This document shows, in pieces, positions 21,510 through 40,844 of a DNA stretch of 64,000 bases (position 1 is the stretch's first letter; the number at the start of each line of letters is the position of its first letter). Source of the DNA: the human T2T-CHM13v2.0 reference genome, Homo sapiens. The stretch lies in the NCBI RefSeq assembly GCF_009914755.1, contig NC_060948.1; one strand, written 5' to 3'. A program made the position numbers and the translations under genes. A model generated the notes under the pieces. It made no database searches. It was not told where the DNA came from and saw only the letters and a list, made by a program, of their open reading frames with translations.

Positions 21510-23035
21510 ACATTATGTATATAATAATATACAGTATCATATATATAATATATATAACCTATGTATAATATTGTTTTACATCCTGCATCTTATGTTATAT
21601 ATATTGTATAAAATATAATAATTGATAATATATGTTTTATAATTATACAATATGACATATAGTATATATTATAATTTATGACATATATAATATATGTTAT
21701 ATATCATATATAGAATATATTATACGGTTAATATACGTATTAAATATAAATTATACATTATATATATTATATATAATATATCTGTTATATATAATACCCA
21801 TTATGCATAATATATATATTATGTCTATGTTATATATAATATAAAACAACATATAATAATATATAATTGTATATATAAAATGCGACATATAATATATATT
21901 ATATTTTATAACATATGTAATATATATTATATATTATATATAATACGTTGTATGTATAATACCTATATTAAATATATATTATATGACTATGTTATTAATT
22001 ACATGTCACATGTGTTATATATTATATATTTTACATAGAATATACCGGTTACATACAATATATACTATGTTACCTATAATGTATAATTTATTACATGTAA
22101 AATAAAGAATGCAATATATTATGTATAATTTATAATATACAATATGTGGAATGTGATATATATAACATATAATATATGATATATGATATACAGTATATGA
22201 TATATAACATACAATATATGATTCCTAATATATATGGTATACAATATATATTTTATGATATGTATTCTATATGTTTTATATTCTGTTATATATAACTATT
22301 TGAAATTATATATAACTGTATAATATTTTATGTAAATATGTAATATAATATATATAACTATATAATATATTATATATAACTATAGATTATGTTATATATA
22401 CTTTTATAACATAATTTACATAAAATATCATAATATAATATATATTATATTATTTCATATTACATAATATATATTACATATCACCCAATATAACTAACAT
22501 ACATAATATTATAATATAGATTATATTGTGTTATATTAAATATCATATATATCATGTATCATATATTCTATAATATATATTACACATTATATAATATGTA
22601 TGTTGTCTATTATGTGATATATATAACTATATATATAATTATATTTTTATACATATAACTAGATAAACATGTAATTCTACATATTTTCATTTATAATATG
22701 TAGAATTATATAATCATATATAATTATTTATATTCTATAAAAAATTTTATCATTATATGAATTATAATATATAAAAATTATAATATGTACTACAAATATA
22801 TATATTATATATCATATATGATATAGTACCTTTGTTATATATCATAATACATATAAATGTGTATTATGTTATCTATAATTATATAATTTCATATATAAGA
22901 TGTATAATATGTATCATATATTATATATGTTATGTAATATATATAGTATATATAAGATGACACAGGATAAATATTATATACTATGACATATAAAATATAT
23001 GAGGTTATATGTTACATATAAGGCATAGCACATAA

Positions 23036-23350
<315 letters not shown>

Positions 23351-23927
23351 AGATCCGTATTTTTTAAATGAAAAAAAATTTCAAAGGTACTCTGCTTGGT
23401 ACAATAATCAAATGTATAAACTGAGGAATAAAACATAACCATGAAACCTACTTATAACTGCATATGGAAAATACAGAGGATAATTTTTTAAATAACATAT
23501 TTTGAAAGCCTTAACTAGTAATTTGAAGAGTTGGCATTTGAAAGGCCAGTATGAATATACCTTCAAAGCAGCAACACAGGTTCCCCATGAGAAAAAGCAA
23601 ACACAGGGAAAATAAAAACACAAAGGTTCAATCTCTTCTGACCTTTGAAAGACACAGCACAGACAGTGGTCCTTAGGACGAAGAGCAGGAGACCCCTAAT
23701 TCCGTCACCATGGCGATAGGGCATAAACATTGCTGGGTGAGGGCACAATCCACATTGTGAGGTCCAACTGCTGCCAGGAAGACAGGAGTGCTTTTACATA
23801 GACCGAAAGGTCATTGAAGGCTCAGAGTTTTGTTTCAAGAACTGAATCCCAAGCCCACACGTTATTAGGCTGCGCTTCTTAAAACAAGTTATGAGATGGG
23901 AAAAAGGGCACCCACAAACATACGTAT
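23351..23927. repeat. HSATI subunit U10
   Basis: Copy of U1 segment. Confidence 0.8.
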
Positions 23928-25451
23928 ACATTATGTATATAATAATATACAGTATCATATATATAATATATATAACCTATGTATAATATTGTTTTACATC
24001 CTGCATCTTATGTTATATATATTGTATAAAATATAATAATTGATAATATATAAGTTTTATAATTATACAATATGACATATAGTATATATTATAATTTATG
24101 ACATATAAAATATATGTTATATATCATATATAGAATATATTATACGGTTAATATACGTATTAAATATAAATTATACATTATATATATTATATATAATATA
24201 TCTGTTATATATAATACCCATTATGCATAATATATATATTATGTCTATGTTATATATAGTATAAAACAACATATAATAATATATAATTGTATATATAAAA
24301 TGCGACATATAATATATATTATATTTTATAACATATGAAATATATATTATATATTATATATAATACGTTGTATGTATAATACCTATATTAAATATATATT
24401 ATATGACTATGTTATTAATTACATGTCACATGTGTTATATATTGTATATTTTACATAGAATATACCGGTTACATACAATATATACTATGTTACCTATAAT
24501 GTATAATTTATTACATGTAAAATAAAGAATGCAATATATTATGTATAATTTATAATATACCATATGTGGAATGGATATATATAACATATAATATATGATA
24601 TATGATATACAGTATATGATATATAACATACAATATATGATTCCTAATATATATGGTATACAATATATATTTATGATATGTATTCTCTATGTTTTATATT
24701 CTGTTATATATAACTATTTGAAATTATATATAACTGTATAATATTTTATGTAAATATGTAATATAATATATATAACTATATAATATATTATATATAACTA
24801 TATATTATGTTATATATACTTTTATAACATAATTTACATAAAATATCATAATATAATATATATTATATTATTTCATATTACATAATATATATTACATATC
24901 ACCCAATATAACTAACATACATAATATTATAATATAGATTATATTATGTTATATTAAATATCATATATATCATGTATCATATATTCTATAATATATATTA
25001 CACATTATATAATATGTATGTTGTCTATTATGTGATATATATAACTATATATAATTATATTTTTATACATATAACTGGATAAACATGTAATTCTACATAT
25101 TTTCATTTATAATATGTAGAATTATATAATCATATATAATTATTTATATTCTATAAAAAATTTTATCATTATATAAATTATAATATATAAAAATTATAAT
25201 ATGTACTACAAATATATATATTATATATCATATATGATATAGTACCTTTGTTATATATCATAATACATATAAATGTGTATTATGTTATCTATAATTATAT
25301 AATTTCATATATAAGATGTATAATATGTATCATATATTATATATGTTATGTAATATATATAGTATATATAAGATGACACAGGATAAATATTATATACTAT
25401 GACATATTAAATATATGAGGTTATATGTTACATATAAGGCATAGCACATAA

Positions 25452-25766
<315 letters not shown>

Positions 25767-26343
25767 AGATCCGTTTTTTTTAAATGAAAAAAAATTTCAA
25801 AGGTACTCTGCTTGGTACAATAATCAAATGTATAAACTGAGGAATAAAACATAACCATGAAACCTACTTATAACTGCATATGGAAAATACAGAGGATAAT
25901 TTTTTAAATAACATATTTTGAAAGCCTTAACTAGTAATTTGAAGAGTTGGCATTTGAAAGGCCAGTATGAATATACCTTCAAAGCAGCAACACAGGTTCC
26001 CCATGAGAAAAAGCAAACACAGGGAAAATAAAAACACAAAGGTTCAATCTCTTCTGACCTTTGAAAGACACAGCACAGACAGTGGTCCTTAGGACGAAGA
26101 GCAGGAGACCCCTAATTCCGTCACCATGGCGATAGGGCATAAACATTGCTGGGTGAGGGCACAATCCACATTGTGAGGTCCAACTGCTGCCAGGAAGACA
26201 GGAGTGCTTTTACATAGACCGAAAGGTCATTGAAGGCTCAGAGTTTTGTGTCAAGAACTGAATCCCAAGCCCACACGTTATTAGGCTGCGCTTCTTAAAA
26301 CAAGTTATGAGATGGGAAAAAGGGCACCCACAAACATACGTAT
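25767..26343. repeat. HSATI subunit U11
   Basis: Copy of U1 segment. Confidence 0.8.
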
Positions 26344-27871
26344 ACATTATGTATATAATAATATACAGTATCATATATATAATATATATAACCTATGTAT
26401 AATATTGTTTTACATCCTGCATCTTATGTTATATATATTGTATAAAATATAATAATTGATAATATATAAGTTTTATAATTATACAATATGACATATAGTA
26501 TATATTATAATTTATGACATATATAATATATGTTATATATCATATATAGAATATATTATATGGTTAATATACGTATTAAATATAAATTATACATTATATA
26601 TATTATATATAATATATCTGTTATATATAATACCCATTATGCATAATATATATATTATGTCTATGTTATATATAGTATAAAACAACATATAATAATATAT
26701 AATTGTATATATAAAATGCGACATATAATATATATTATATTTTATAACATATGTAATATATATTATATATTATATATAATACGTTGTATGTATAATACCT
26801 ATATTAAATATATATTATATGACTATGTTATTAATTACATGTCACATGTGTTATATATTATATATTTTACATAGAATATACCGGTTACATACAATATATA
26901 CTATGTTACCTATAATGTATAATTTATTACATGTAAAATAAAGAATGCAATATATTATGTATAATTTATAATATACAATATGTGGAATGTGATATATATA
27001 ACATATAATATATGATATATGATATACAGTATATGATATATAACATACAATATATGATTCCTAATATATATGGTATAAAATATATATTTTATGATATGTA
27101 TTCTATATGTTTTATATTCTGTTATATATAACTATTTGAAATTATATATAACTGTATAATATTTTATGTAAATATGTAATATAATATATATAACTATATA
27201 ATATATTATATATAACTATAGATTATGTTATATATACTTTTATAACATAATTTACATAAAATATCATAATATAATATATATTATATTATTTCATATTACA
27301 TAATATATATTACATATCACCCAATATAACTAACATACATAATATTATAATATAGATTATATTGTGTTATATTAAATATCATATATATCATGTATCATAT
27401 ATTCTATAATATATATTACACATTATATAATATGTATGTTGTCTATTATGTGATATATATAACTATATATATAATTATATTTTTATACATATAACTAGAT
27501 AAACATGTAATTCTACATATTTTCATTTATAATATGTAGAATTATATAATCATATATAATTATTTATATTCTATAAAAAATTTTATCATTATATGAATTA
27601 TAATATATAAAAATTATAATATGTACTACAAATATATATATTATATATCATATATGATATAGTACCTTTGTTATATATCATAATACATATAAATGTGTAT
27701 TATGTTATCTATAATTATATAATTTCATATATAAGATGTATAATATGTATCATATATTATATATGTTATGTAATATATATAGTATATATAAGATGACACA
27801 GGATAAATATTATATACTATGACATATAAAATATATGAGGTTATATGTTACATATAAGGCATAGCACATAA

Positions 27872-28186
<315 letters not shown>

Positions 28187-28763
28187 AGATCCGTATTTTT
28201 TAAATGAAAAAAAATTTCAAAGGTACTCTGCTTGGTACAATAATCAAATGTATAAACTGAGGAATAAAACATAACCATGAAACCTACTTATAACTGCATA
28301 TGGAAAATACAGAGGATAATTTTTTAAATAACATATTTTGAAAGCCTTAACTAGTAATTTGAAGAGTTGGCATTTGAAAGGCCAGTATGAATATACCTTC
28401 AAAGCAGCGACACAGGTTCCCCATGAGAAAAAGCAAACACAGGGAAAATAAAAACACAAAGGTTCAATCTCTTCTGACCTTTGAAAGACACAGCACAGAC
28501 AGTGGTCCTTAGGACGAAGAGCAGGAGACCCCTAATTCCGTCACCATGGCGATAGGGCATAAACATTGCTGGGTGAGGGCACAATCCACATTGTGAGGTC
28601 CAACTGCTGCCAGGAAGACAGGAGTGCTTTTACATAGACCGAAAGGTCATTGAAGGCTCAGAGTTTTGTTTCAAGAACTGAATCCCAAGCCCACACGTTA
28701 TTAGGCTGCGCTTCTTAAAACAAGTTATGAGATGGGAAAAAGGGCACCCACAAACATACGTAT
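28187..28763. repeat. HSATI subunit U12
   Basis: Copy of U1 segment. Confidence 0.8.
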
Positions 28764-30286
28764 ACATTATGTATATAATAATATACAGTATCATATATAT
28801 AATATATATAACCTATGTATAATATTGTTTTACATCCTGCATCTTATGTTATATATATTGTATAAAATATAATAATTGATAATATATAAGTTTTATAATT
28901 ATACAATATGACATATAGTATATATTATAATTTATGACATATAAAATATATGTTATATATCATATATAGAATATATTATACGGTTAATATACGTATTAAA
29001 TATAAATTATACATTATATATATTATATATAATATATCTGTTATATATAATACCCATTATGCATAATATATATATTATGTCTATGTTATATATAGTATAA
29101 AACAACATATAATAATATATAATTGTATATATAAAATGCGACATATAATATATATTATATTTTATAACATATGAAATATATATTATATATTATATATAAT
29201 ACGTTGTATGTATAATACCTATATTAAATATATATTATATGACTATGTTATTAATTACATGTCACATGTGTTGTATATTGTATATTTTACATAGAATATA
29301 CCGGTTACATACAATATATACTATGTTACCTATAATGTATAATTTATTACATGTAAAATAAAGAATGCAATATATTATGTATAATTTATAATATACCATA
29401 TGTGGAATGGATATATATAACATATAATATATGATATATGATATACAGTATATGATATATAACATACAATATATGATTCCTAATATATATGGTATACAAT
29501 ATATATTTATGATATGTATTCTCTATGTTTTATATTCTGTTATATATAACTATTTGAAATTATATATAACTGTATAATATTTTATGTAAATATGTAATAT
29601 AATATATATAACTATATAATATATTATATATAACTATATATTATGTTATATATACTTTTATAACATAATTTACATAAAATATCATAATATAATATATATT
29701 ATATTATTTCATATTACATAATATATATTACATATCACCCAATATAACTAACATACATAATATTATAATATAGATTATATTATGTTATATTAAATATCAT
29801 ATATATCATGTATCATATATTCTATAATATATATTACACATTATATAATATGTATGTTGTCTATTATGTGATATATATAACTATATATAATTATATTTTT
29901 ATACATATAACTGGATAAACATGTAATTCTACATATTTTCATTTATAATATGTAGAATTATATAATCATATATAATTATTTATATTCTATAAAAATTTTA
30001 TCATTATATAAATTATAATATATAAAAATTATAATATGTACTACAAATATATATATTATATATCATATATGATATAGTACCTTTGTTATATATCATAATA
30101 CATATAAATGTGTATTATGTTATCTATAATTATATAATTTCATATATAAGATGTATAATATGTATCATATATTATATATGTTATGTAATATATATAGTAT
30201 ATATAAGATGACACAGGATAAATATTATATACTATGACATATTAAATATATGAGGTTATATGTTACATATAAGGCATAGCACATAA

Positions 30287-30601
<315 letters not shown>

Positions 30602-31178
30602 AGATCCGTATTTTTTAAATGAAAAAAAATTTCAAAGGTACTCTGCTTGGTACAATAATCAAATGTATAAACTGAGGAATAAAACATAACCATGAAACCT
30701 ACTTATAACTGCATATGGAAAATACAGAGGATAATTTTTTAAATAACATATTTTGAAAGCCTTAACTAGTAATTTGAAGAGTTGGCATTTGAAAGGCCAG
30801 TATGAATATACCTTCAAAGCAGCGACACAGGTTCCCCATGAGAAAAAGCAAACACAGGGAAAATAAAAACACAAAGGTTCAATCTCTTCTGACCTTTGAA
30901 AGACACAGCACAGACAGTGGTCCTTAGGACGAAGAGCAGGAGACCCCTAATTCCGTCACCATGGCGATAGGGCATAAACATTGCTGGGTGAGGGCACAAT
31001 CCACATTGTGAGGTCCAACTGCTGCCAGGAAGACAGGAGTGCTTTTACATAGACCGAAAGGTCATTGAAGGCTCAGAGTTTTGTTTCAAGAACTGAATCC
31101 CAAGCCCACACGTTATTAGGCTGCGCTTCTTAAAACAAGTTATGAGATGGGAAAAAGGGCACCCACAAACATACGTAT
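30602..31178. repeat. HSATI subunit U13
   Basis: Copy of U1 segment. Confidence 0.8.
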
Positions 31179-32725
31179 ACATTATGTATATAATAATATA
31201 CAGTATCATATATATAATATATATAACCTATGTATAATATTGTTTTACATCCTGCATCTTATGTTATATATATTGTATAAAATATAATAATTGATAATAT
31301 ATAAGTTTTATAATTATACAATATGACATAGAGTATATATTATAATTTATGACATATATAACATATGTTATATATCATATATAGAATATATTATACGGTT
31401 AATATACGTATTAAATATAAATTATACATTATATATATTATATATAATATATCTGTTATATATAATACCCATTATGCATAATATATATATTATGTCTATG
31501 TTATATATAGTATAAAACAACATATAATAATATATAATTCTATATATAAAATGCGACATATAATATATATTATATTTTATAACATATGAAATATATATTA
31601 TATATTATATATAATACGTTGTATGTATAATACCTATATTAAATATATATTATATGACTATGTTATTAATTACATGTCACATGTGTTATATATTGTATAT
31701 TTTACATAGAATATACCGGTTACATACAATATATACTATGTTACCTATAATGTATAATTTATTACATGTAAAATAAAGAATGCAATATATTATGTATAAT
31801 TTATAATATACCATATGTGGAATGGATATATATAACATATAATATATGATATATGATATACAGTATATGATATATAACATACAATATATGATTCCTAATA
31901 TATATGGTATACAATATATATTTATGATATGTATTCTCTATGTTTTATATTCTGTTACATATAACTATTTGAAATTATATATAACTGTATAATATTTTAT
32001 GTAAATATGTAATATAATATATATAACTATATAATATATTATATATAACTATATATTATGTTATATATACTTTTATAACATAATTTACATAAAATATCAT
32101 AATATAATATATATTATATTATTTCATATTACATAATATATATTACATATCACCCAATATAACTAACATACATAATATTATAATATAGATTATATTATGT
32201 TATATTAAATATCATATATATCATGTATCATATATTCTATAATATATATTACACATTATATAATATGTATGTTGTCTATTATGTGATATATATAACTATA
32301 TATAATTATATTTTTATACATATAACTGGATAAACATGTAATTCTACATATTTTCATTTATAATATGTAGAATTATATAATCATATATAATTATTTATAT
32401 TCTATAAAAAATTTTATCATTATATAAATTATAATATATAAAAATTATAATATGTACTACAAATATATATATTATATATCATATATGATATAGTACCTTT
32501 GTTATATATCATAATACATATAAATGTATATTATGTTATCTATAATTATATAATTTCATATATAAGATGTATAATATGTATCATATATTATATATGTTAT
32601 GTAATATATATAGTATATATAAGATGACACAGGATAAATATTATATACTATGACATATTAAATATATGAGGTTATATGTTACATATAAGGCATAGCACAT
32701 AACATGTAATATATATCATATATAA

Positions 32726-33017
32726 TTTTTTTTTAGACAGAATCTTGTCCTGTTGCACAGGGTGGGGTACAATGGCGCCATTTTTGCTCACTGCAACTTC
32801 TGCCTCACGGGTCCAAGCGATTGTCCTCCCTCAGCCTCCCAGGTAGCTGGGACTACACCACACTGGGACTACACCAGCTGCCACCATGCCTAGCTAATTT
32901 TTTGGATTTTTAGTAGTGACAGCGTTTCACTGTATTGGCCAGGATGGTCTTGATCTCTTCACCTTGTGATCCCCTTGCCTTGGCCTCCAAATTTGCTGGG
33001 ATTACAGGCCTGAGCCA
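32726..33017 (-). mobile_element. Alu subunit U14
   Basis: Copy of U1 Alu; private SNV (gccatttttg). Confidence 0.92.
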
Positions 33018-33594
33018 AGATCCGTATTTTTTAAATGAAAAAAAATTTCAAAAGTACTCTGCTTGGTACAATAATCAAATGTATAAACTGAGGAATAAAA
33101 CATAACCATGAAACCTACTTATAACTGCATATGGAAAATACAGAGGATAATTTTTTAAATAACATATTTTGAAAGCCTTAACTAGTAATTTGAAGAGTTG
33201 GCATTTGAAAGGCCAGTATGAATATACCTTCAAAGCAGCAACACAGGTTCCCCATGAGAAAAAGCAAACACAGGGAAAATAAAAACACAAAGGTTCAATC
33301 TCTTCTGACCTTTGAAAGACACAGCACAGACAGTGGTCCTTAGGACGAAGAGCAGGAGACCCCTAATTCCGTCACCATGGCGATAGGGCATAAACATTGC
33401 TGGGTGAGGGCACAATCCACATTGTGAGGTCCAACTGCTGCCAGGAAGACAGGAGTGCTTTTACATAGACCGAAAGGTCATTGAAGGCTCAGAGTTTTGT
33501 TTCAAGAACTGAATCCCAAGCCCACACGTTATTAGGCTGCGCTTCTTAAAACAAGTTATGAGATGGGAAAAAGGGCACCCACAAACATACGTAT
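33018..33594. repeat. HSATI subunit U14
   Basis: Copy of U1 segment. Confidence 0.8.
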
Positions 33595-35120
33595 ACATTA
33601 TGTATATAATAATATACAGTATCATATATATAATATATATAACCTATGTATAATATTGTTTTACATCCTGCATCTTATGTTATATATATTGTATAAAATA
33701 TAATAATTGATAATATATAAGATTTATAATTATACAATATGACATAGAGTATATATTATAATTTATGACATATATAACATATGTTATATATCATATATAG
33801 AATATATTATACGGTTAATATACGTATTACATATAAATTATACATTATATATATTATATATAATATATCTGTTATATATAATACCCATTATGCATAATAT
33901 ATATATTATGTCTATGTTATATATAGTATAAAACAACATATAATAATATATAATTGTATATATAAAATGCGACATATAATATATATTATATTTTATAACA
34001 TATGTAATATATATTATATATTATATATAATACGTTGTATGTATAATACCTATATTAAATATATATTATACGACTATGTTATTAATTACATGTCACATGT
34101 GTTATATATTAAATATTTTACATAGAATATACCGGTTACATACAATATATACTATGTTACCTATAATGTATAATTTATTACATGTAAAATAAAGAATGCA
34201 ATATATTATGTATAATTTATAATATACCATATGTGGAATGTGATATATATAACATATAATATATGATATATGATATACAGTATATGATATATAACATACA
34301 ATATATGATTCCTAATATATATGGTATACAATATATATTTTATGATATGTATTCTATATGTTTTATATTGTCATATATAACTATTTGAAATTATATATAA
34401 CTGTATAATATTTTATGTAAATATGTAATATAATATATATAACTATATAATATATTATATATAACTATATATTATGTTATATATACTTTTATAACATAAT
34501 TTACATAAAATATCATAATATAATATATATTATATTATTTCATATTACATAATATATATTACATATCACCCAATATAACTAACATACATAATATTATAAT
34601 ATAGATTATATTATGTTATATTAAATATCATATATATCATGTATCATATATTCTATAATATATATTACACATTATATAATATGTATGTTGTCTATTATGC
34701 GATATATATAACTATATATATAATTATATTTTTATACATATAACTAGATAAACATGTAATTCTACATATTTTCATTTATAATATGTAGAATTATATAATC
34801 ATATATAATTATTTATATTCTATAAAAAATTTTATCATTATATAAATTATAATATATAAAAATTATAATATGTACTACAAATATATATATTATATATCAT
34901 ATATGATATAGTACCTTTGTTATATATCATAATACATATAAATGTGTATTATGTTATCTATAATTATATAATTTCATATATAAGATGTATAATATGTATC
35001 ATATATTATATATGTTATGTAATATATATAGTATATATAAGATGACACAGGATAAATATTATATACTATGACATATAAAATATATGAGGTTATATGTTAC
35101 ATATAAGGCATAGCACATAA

Positions 35121-35435
<315 letters not shown>

Positions 35436-36012
35436 AGATCCATATTTTTTAAATGAAAAAAAATTTCAAAGGTACTCTGCTTGGTACAATAATCAAATGT
35501 ATAAACTGAGGAATAAAACATAACCATGAAACCTACTTATAACTGCATATGGAAAATACAGAGGATAATTTTTTAAATAACATATTTTGAAAGCCTTAAC
35601 TAGTAATTTGAAGAGTTGGCATTTGAAAGGCCAGTATGAATATACCTTCAAAGCAGCAACACAGGTTCCCCATGAGAAAAAGCAAACTCAGGGAAAATAA
35701 AAACACAAAGGTTCAATCTCTTCTGACCTTTGAAAGACACAGCACAGACAGTGGTCCTTAGGACGAAGAGCAGGAGACCCCTAATTCCGTCACCATGGCG
35801 ATAGGGCATAAACATTGCTGGGTGAGGGCACAATCCACATTGTGAGGTCCAACTGCTGCCAGGAAGACAGGAGTGCTTTTACATAGACCGAAAGGTCATT
35901 GAAGGCTCATTGTTTTGTTTCAAGAACTGAATCCCAAGCCCACACGTTATTAGGCTGCGCTTCTTAAAACAAGTTATGAGATGGGAAAAAGGGCACCCAC
36001 AAACATACGTAT
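35436..36012. repeat. HSATI subunit U15
   Basis: Copy with private changes. Confidence 0.8.
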
Positions 36013-37563
36013 ACATTATGTATATAATAATATACAGTATCATATATATAATATATATAACCTATGTATAATATTGTTTTACATCCTGCATCTTATGTTA
36101 TATATATAGTATAAAATATAATAATTGATAATATATAAGTTTTATAATTATACAATATGACATATAGTATATATTATAATTTATGACATATATAATATAT
36201 GTTATATATCATATATAGAATATATTATACGGTTAATATACGTATTAAATATAAATTATACATTATATATATTATATATAATATATCTGTTATATATAAT
36301 ACCCATTATGCATAAAATATATATTATGTCTATGTTATATATAGTATAAAACAACATATAATAATATATAATTGTATATATAAAATGCGACATATAATAT
36401 ATATTATATTTTATAACATATGTAATATATATTATATATTATATATAATACGTTGTATGTATAATACCTATATTAAATATATATTATACGACTATGTTAT
36501 TAATTACATGTCACATGTGTTATATATTATATAATTTACATAGAATATACCGGTTACATACAATATATACTATGTTACCTATAATGTATAATTTATTACA
36601 TGTAAAATAAAGAATGAAATATATTATGTATAATTTATAATATACCATATGTGGAATGTGATATATATAACATATAATATATGATATATGATATACAGTA
36701 TATGATATATAACATACAATATATGATTCCTAATATATACGGTATACAATATATATTTTATGATGTGTATTCTATATGTTTTATATTCTGTTATATATAA
36801 ATATTTGAAATTATATATAACTGTATAATATTTTATGTAAATATGTAATATAATATATATAACTATATAATATATTATATATAACTATATATTATGTTAT
36901 ATATACTTTTATAACATAATTTACATAAAATATCATAATATAATACATATTATATTATTTCATATTACATAATATATATTACATATCACCCAATATAACT
37001 AACATACATAATATTATAATATAGATTATATTGTGTTATATTAAATATCATATATATCATGTATCATATATTCTATAATATATATTACACATTATATAAT
37101 ATGTATGTTGTCTATTATGTGATATATATAACTATATATATAATTATATTTTTATACATATAACTAGATAAACATGTAATTCTACATATTTTCATTTATA
37201 ATATGTAGAATTATATAATCATATATAATTATTTATATTCTATAAAAAATTTTATCATTATATAAATTATAATATATAAAAATTATAATATGTACTACAA
37301 ATATATATATTATCTATCATATATGATATAGTACCTTTGTTATATATCATAATACATATAAATGTGTATTATGTTATCTATAATTATATAATTTCATATA
37401 TAAGATGTATAATATGTATCATATATTATATATGTTATGTAATATATACAGTATATATAAGATGACACAGGATAAATATTATATACTATGACATATAAAA
37501 TATATGAGGTTATATGTTACATATAAGGCATAGCACATAACATGTAGTATATATCATATATAA

Positions 37564-37855
37564 TTTTTTTTTAGACAGAATCTTGTCCTGTTGCACAGGG
37601 TGGGGTACAATGGCGCCATCTTTGCTCACTGCAAATTCTGCCTCACGGGTCCAAGCGATTGTCCTCCCTCAGCCTCCCAGGTAGCTGGGACTACACCACA
37701 CTGGGACTACACCAGCTGCCACCATGCCTAGCTAATTTTTTGGATTTTTAGTAGTGACAGCGTTTCACTGTATTGGCCAGGATGGTCTTGATCTCTTCAC
37801 CTTGTGATCCCCTTGCCTTGGCCTCCAAATTTGCTGGGATTACAGGCCTGAGCCA
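37564..37855 (-). mobile_element. Alu subunit U16
   Basis: Copy of U1 Alu; private SNV (gcaaattctg). Confidence 0.92.
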
Positions 37856-38432
37856 AGATCCATATTTTTTAAATGAAAAAAAATTTCAAAGGTACTCTGC
37901 TTGGTACAATAATCAAATGTATAAACTGAGGAATAAAACATAACCATGAAACCTACTTATAACTGCATATGGAAAATACAGAGGATAATTTTTTAAATAA
38001 CATATTTTGAAAGCCTTAACTAGTAATTTGAAGAGTTGGCATTTGAAAGGCCAGTATGAATAAACCTTCAAAGCAGCAACACAGGTTCCCCATGAGAAAA
38101 AGCAAACACAGGGAAAATAAAAACACAAAGGTTCAATCTCTTCTGACCTTTGAAAGACACAGCACAGACAGTGGTCCTTAGGACGAAGAGCAGGAGACCC
38201 CTAATTCCGTCACCATGGCGATAGGGCATAAACATTGCTGGGTGAGGGCACAATCCACATTGTGAGGTCCAACTGCTGCCAGGAAGACAGGAGTGCTTTT
38301 ACATAGACCGAAAGGTCATTGAAGGCTCAGAGTTTTGTTTCAAGAACTGAATCCCAAGCCCACACGTTATTAGGCTGCGCTTCTTAAAACAAGTTATGAG
38401 ATGGGAAAAAGGGCACCCACAAACATACGTAT
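37856..38432. repeat. HSATI subunit U16
   Basis: Copy of U1 segment. Confidence 0.8.
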
Positions 38433-39952
38433 ACATTATGTATATAATAATATACAGTATCATATATATAATATATATAACCTATGTATAATATTGTTTT
38501 ACATCCTGCATCTTATGTTATATATATTGTATAAAATATAATAATTGATAACATATAAGTTTTATAATTATACAATATGACATATAGTATATACTATAAT
38601 TTATGACATATATAATATATGTTATATATCATATATAGAATATATTATACGGTTAATATACGTATTAAATATAAATTATACATTATATATATTATATATA
38701 ATATATCTGTTATATATAATACCCATTATGCATAATATATATATTATGTCTATGTTATATATAGTATAAAACAACATATAATAATATATAATTGTATATG
38801 TAAAATGCGACATAGAATATATATTATATTTTATAACATATGTAATATATATTATATATAATACGTTGTATGTATAATACCTATATTAAATATATATTAT
38901 ATGACTATGTTATTAATTACATGTCACATGTGTTATATATTATATATTTTACATAGAATATACCGGTTACATACAATATATACTATGTTACCTATAATGT
39001 ATAATTTATTACATGTAAAATAAAGAATGCAATATATTATGTAAAATTTATAATATACAATATGTGGAATGTGATATATATAACATATAATATATGATAT
39101 ATGATATACAGTATATGATATATAACATACAATATATGATTCCTAATATATATGGTATACAATATATATTTTATGATATGTATTCCATATGTTTATATTC
39201 TGTTATATATAACTATTTGAAATTATATATAACTGTATAATATTTTATGTAAATTTGTAATATAATATATATAACTATATAATATATTATATATAACTAT
39301 ATATTATGTTATATATACTTTTATAACATAATTTACATAAAATATCATAATATAATATATATTATATTATTTCATATTACATAATATATATTACATATCA
39401 CCCAATATAACTAACATACATAATATTATAATATAGATTATATTATGTTATATTAAATATCATATATATCATGTATCATATATTCTATAATATATATTAC
39501 ACATTATATAACATGTATGTTGTCTATAATGTGATATATATAACTATATATATAATTATATTTTTATACATATAACTAGATAAACATGTAATTTTACATA
39601 TTTTCATTTATAATATGTAGAATTATATAATCATATATAATTATTTATATTCTATAAAAAATTTTATCATTATATAAATTATAATATATAAAAATTATAA
39701 TATGTACTACAAATATATATATTATATATCATATATGATATAGTACCTTTGTTATATATCATAATACATATAAATGTGTATTATGTTATCTATAATTATA
39801 TAATTTCATATATAAGATGTATAATATGTATCATATATTATATATGTTATGTAATATTTATAGTATATATAAGATGACACAGGATAAATATTATATACTA
39901 TGACATATAAAATATATGAGGTTATATGTTACATATAAGGCATAGCACATAA

Positions 39953-40267
<315 letters not shown>

Positions 40268-40844
40268 AGATCCATATTTTTTAAATGAAAAAAAATTTCA
40301 AAGGTACTCTGCTTGGTACAATAATCAAATGTATAAACTGAGGAATAAAACATAACCATGAAACCTACTTATAACTGCATATGGAAAATACAGAGGATAA
40401 TTTTTTAAATAACATATTTTGAAAGCCTTAACTAGTAATTTGAAGAGTTGGCATTTGAAAGGCCAGTATGAATATACCTTCAAAGCAGCAACACAGGTTC
40501 CCCATGAGAAAAAGCAAACACAGGGAAAATAAAAACACAAACGTTCAATCTCTTCTGACCTTTGAAAGACACAGCACAGACAGTGGTCCTTAGGACGAAG
40601 AGCAGGAGACCCCTAATTCCGTCACCATGGCGATAGGGCATAAACATTGCTGGGTGAGGGCACAATCCACATTGTGAGGTCCAACTGCTGCCAGGAAGAC
40701 AGGAGTGCTTTTACATAGACCGAAAGGTCATTGAAGGCTCAGAGTTTTGTTTCAAGAACTGAATCCCAAGCCCACACGTTATTAGGCTGCGCTTCTTAAA
40801 ACAAGTTATGAGATGGGAAAAAGGGCACCCACAAACATACGTAT
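40268..40844. repeat. HSATI subunit U17
   Basis: Copy of U1 segment. Confidence 0.8.
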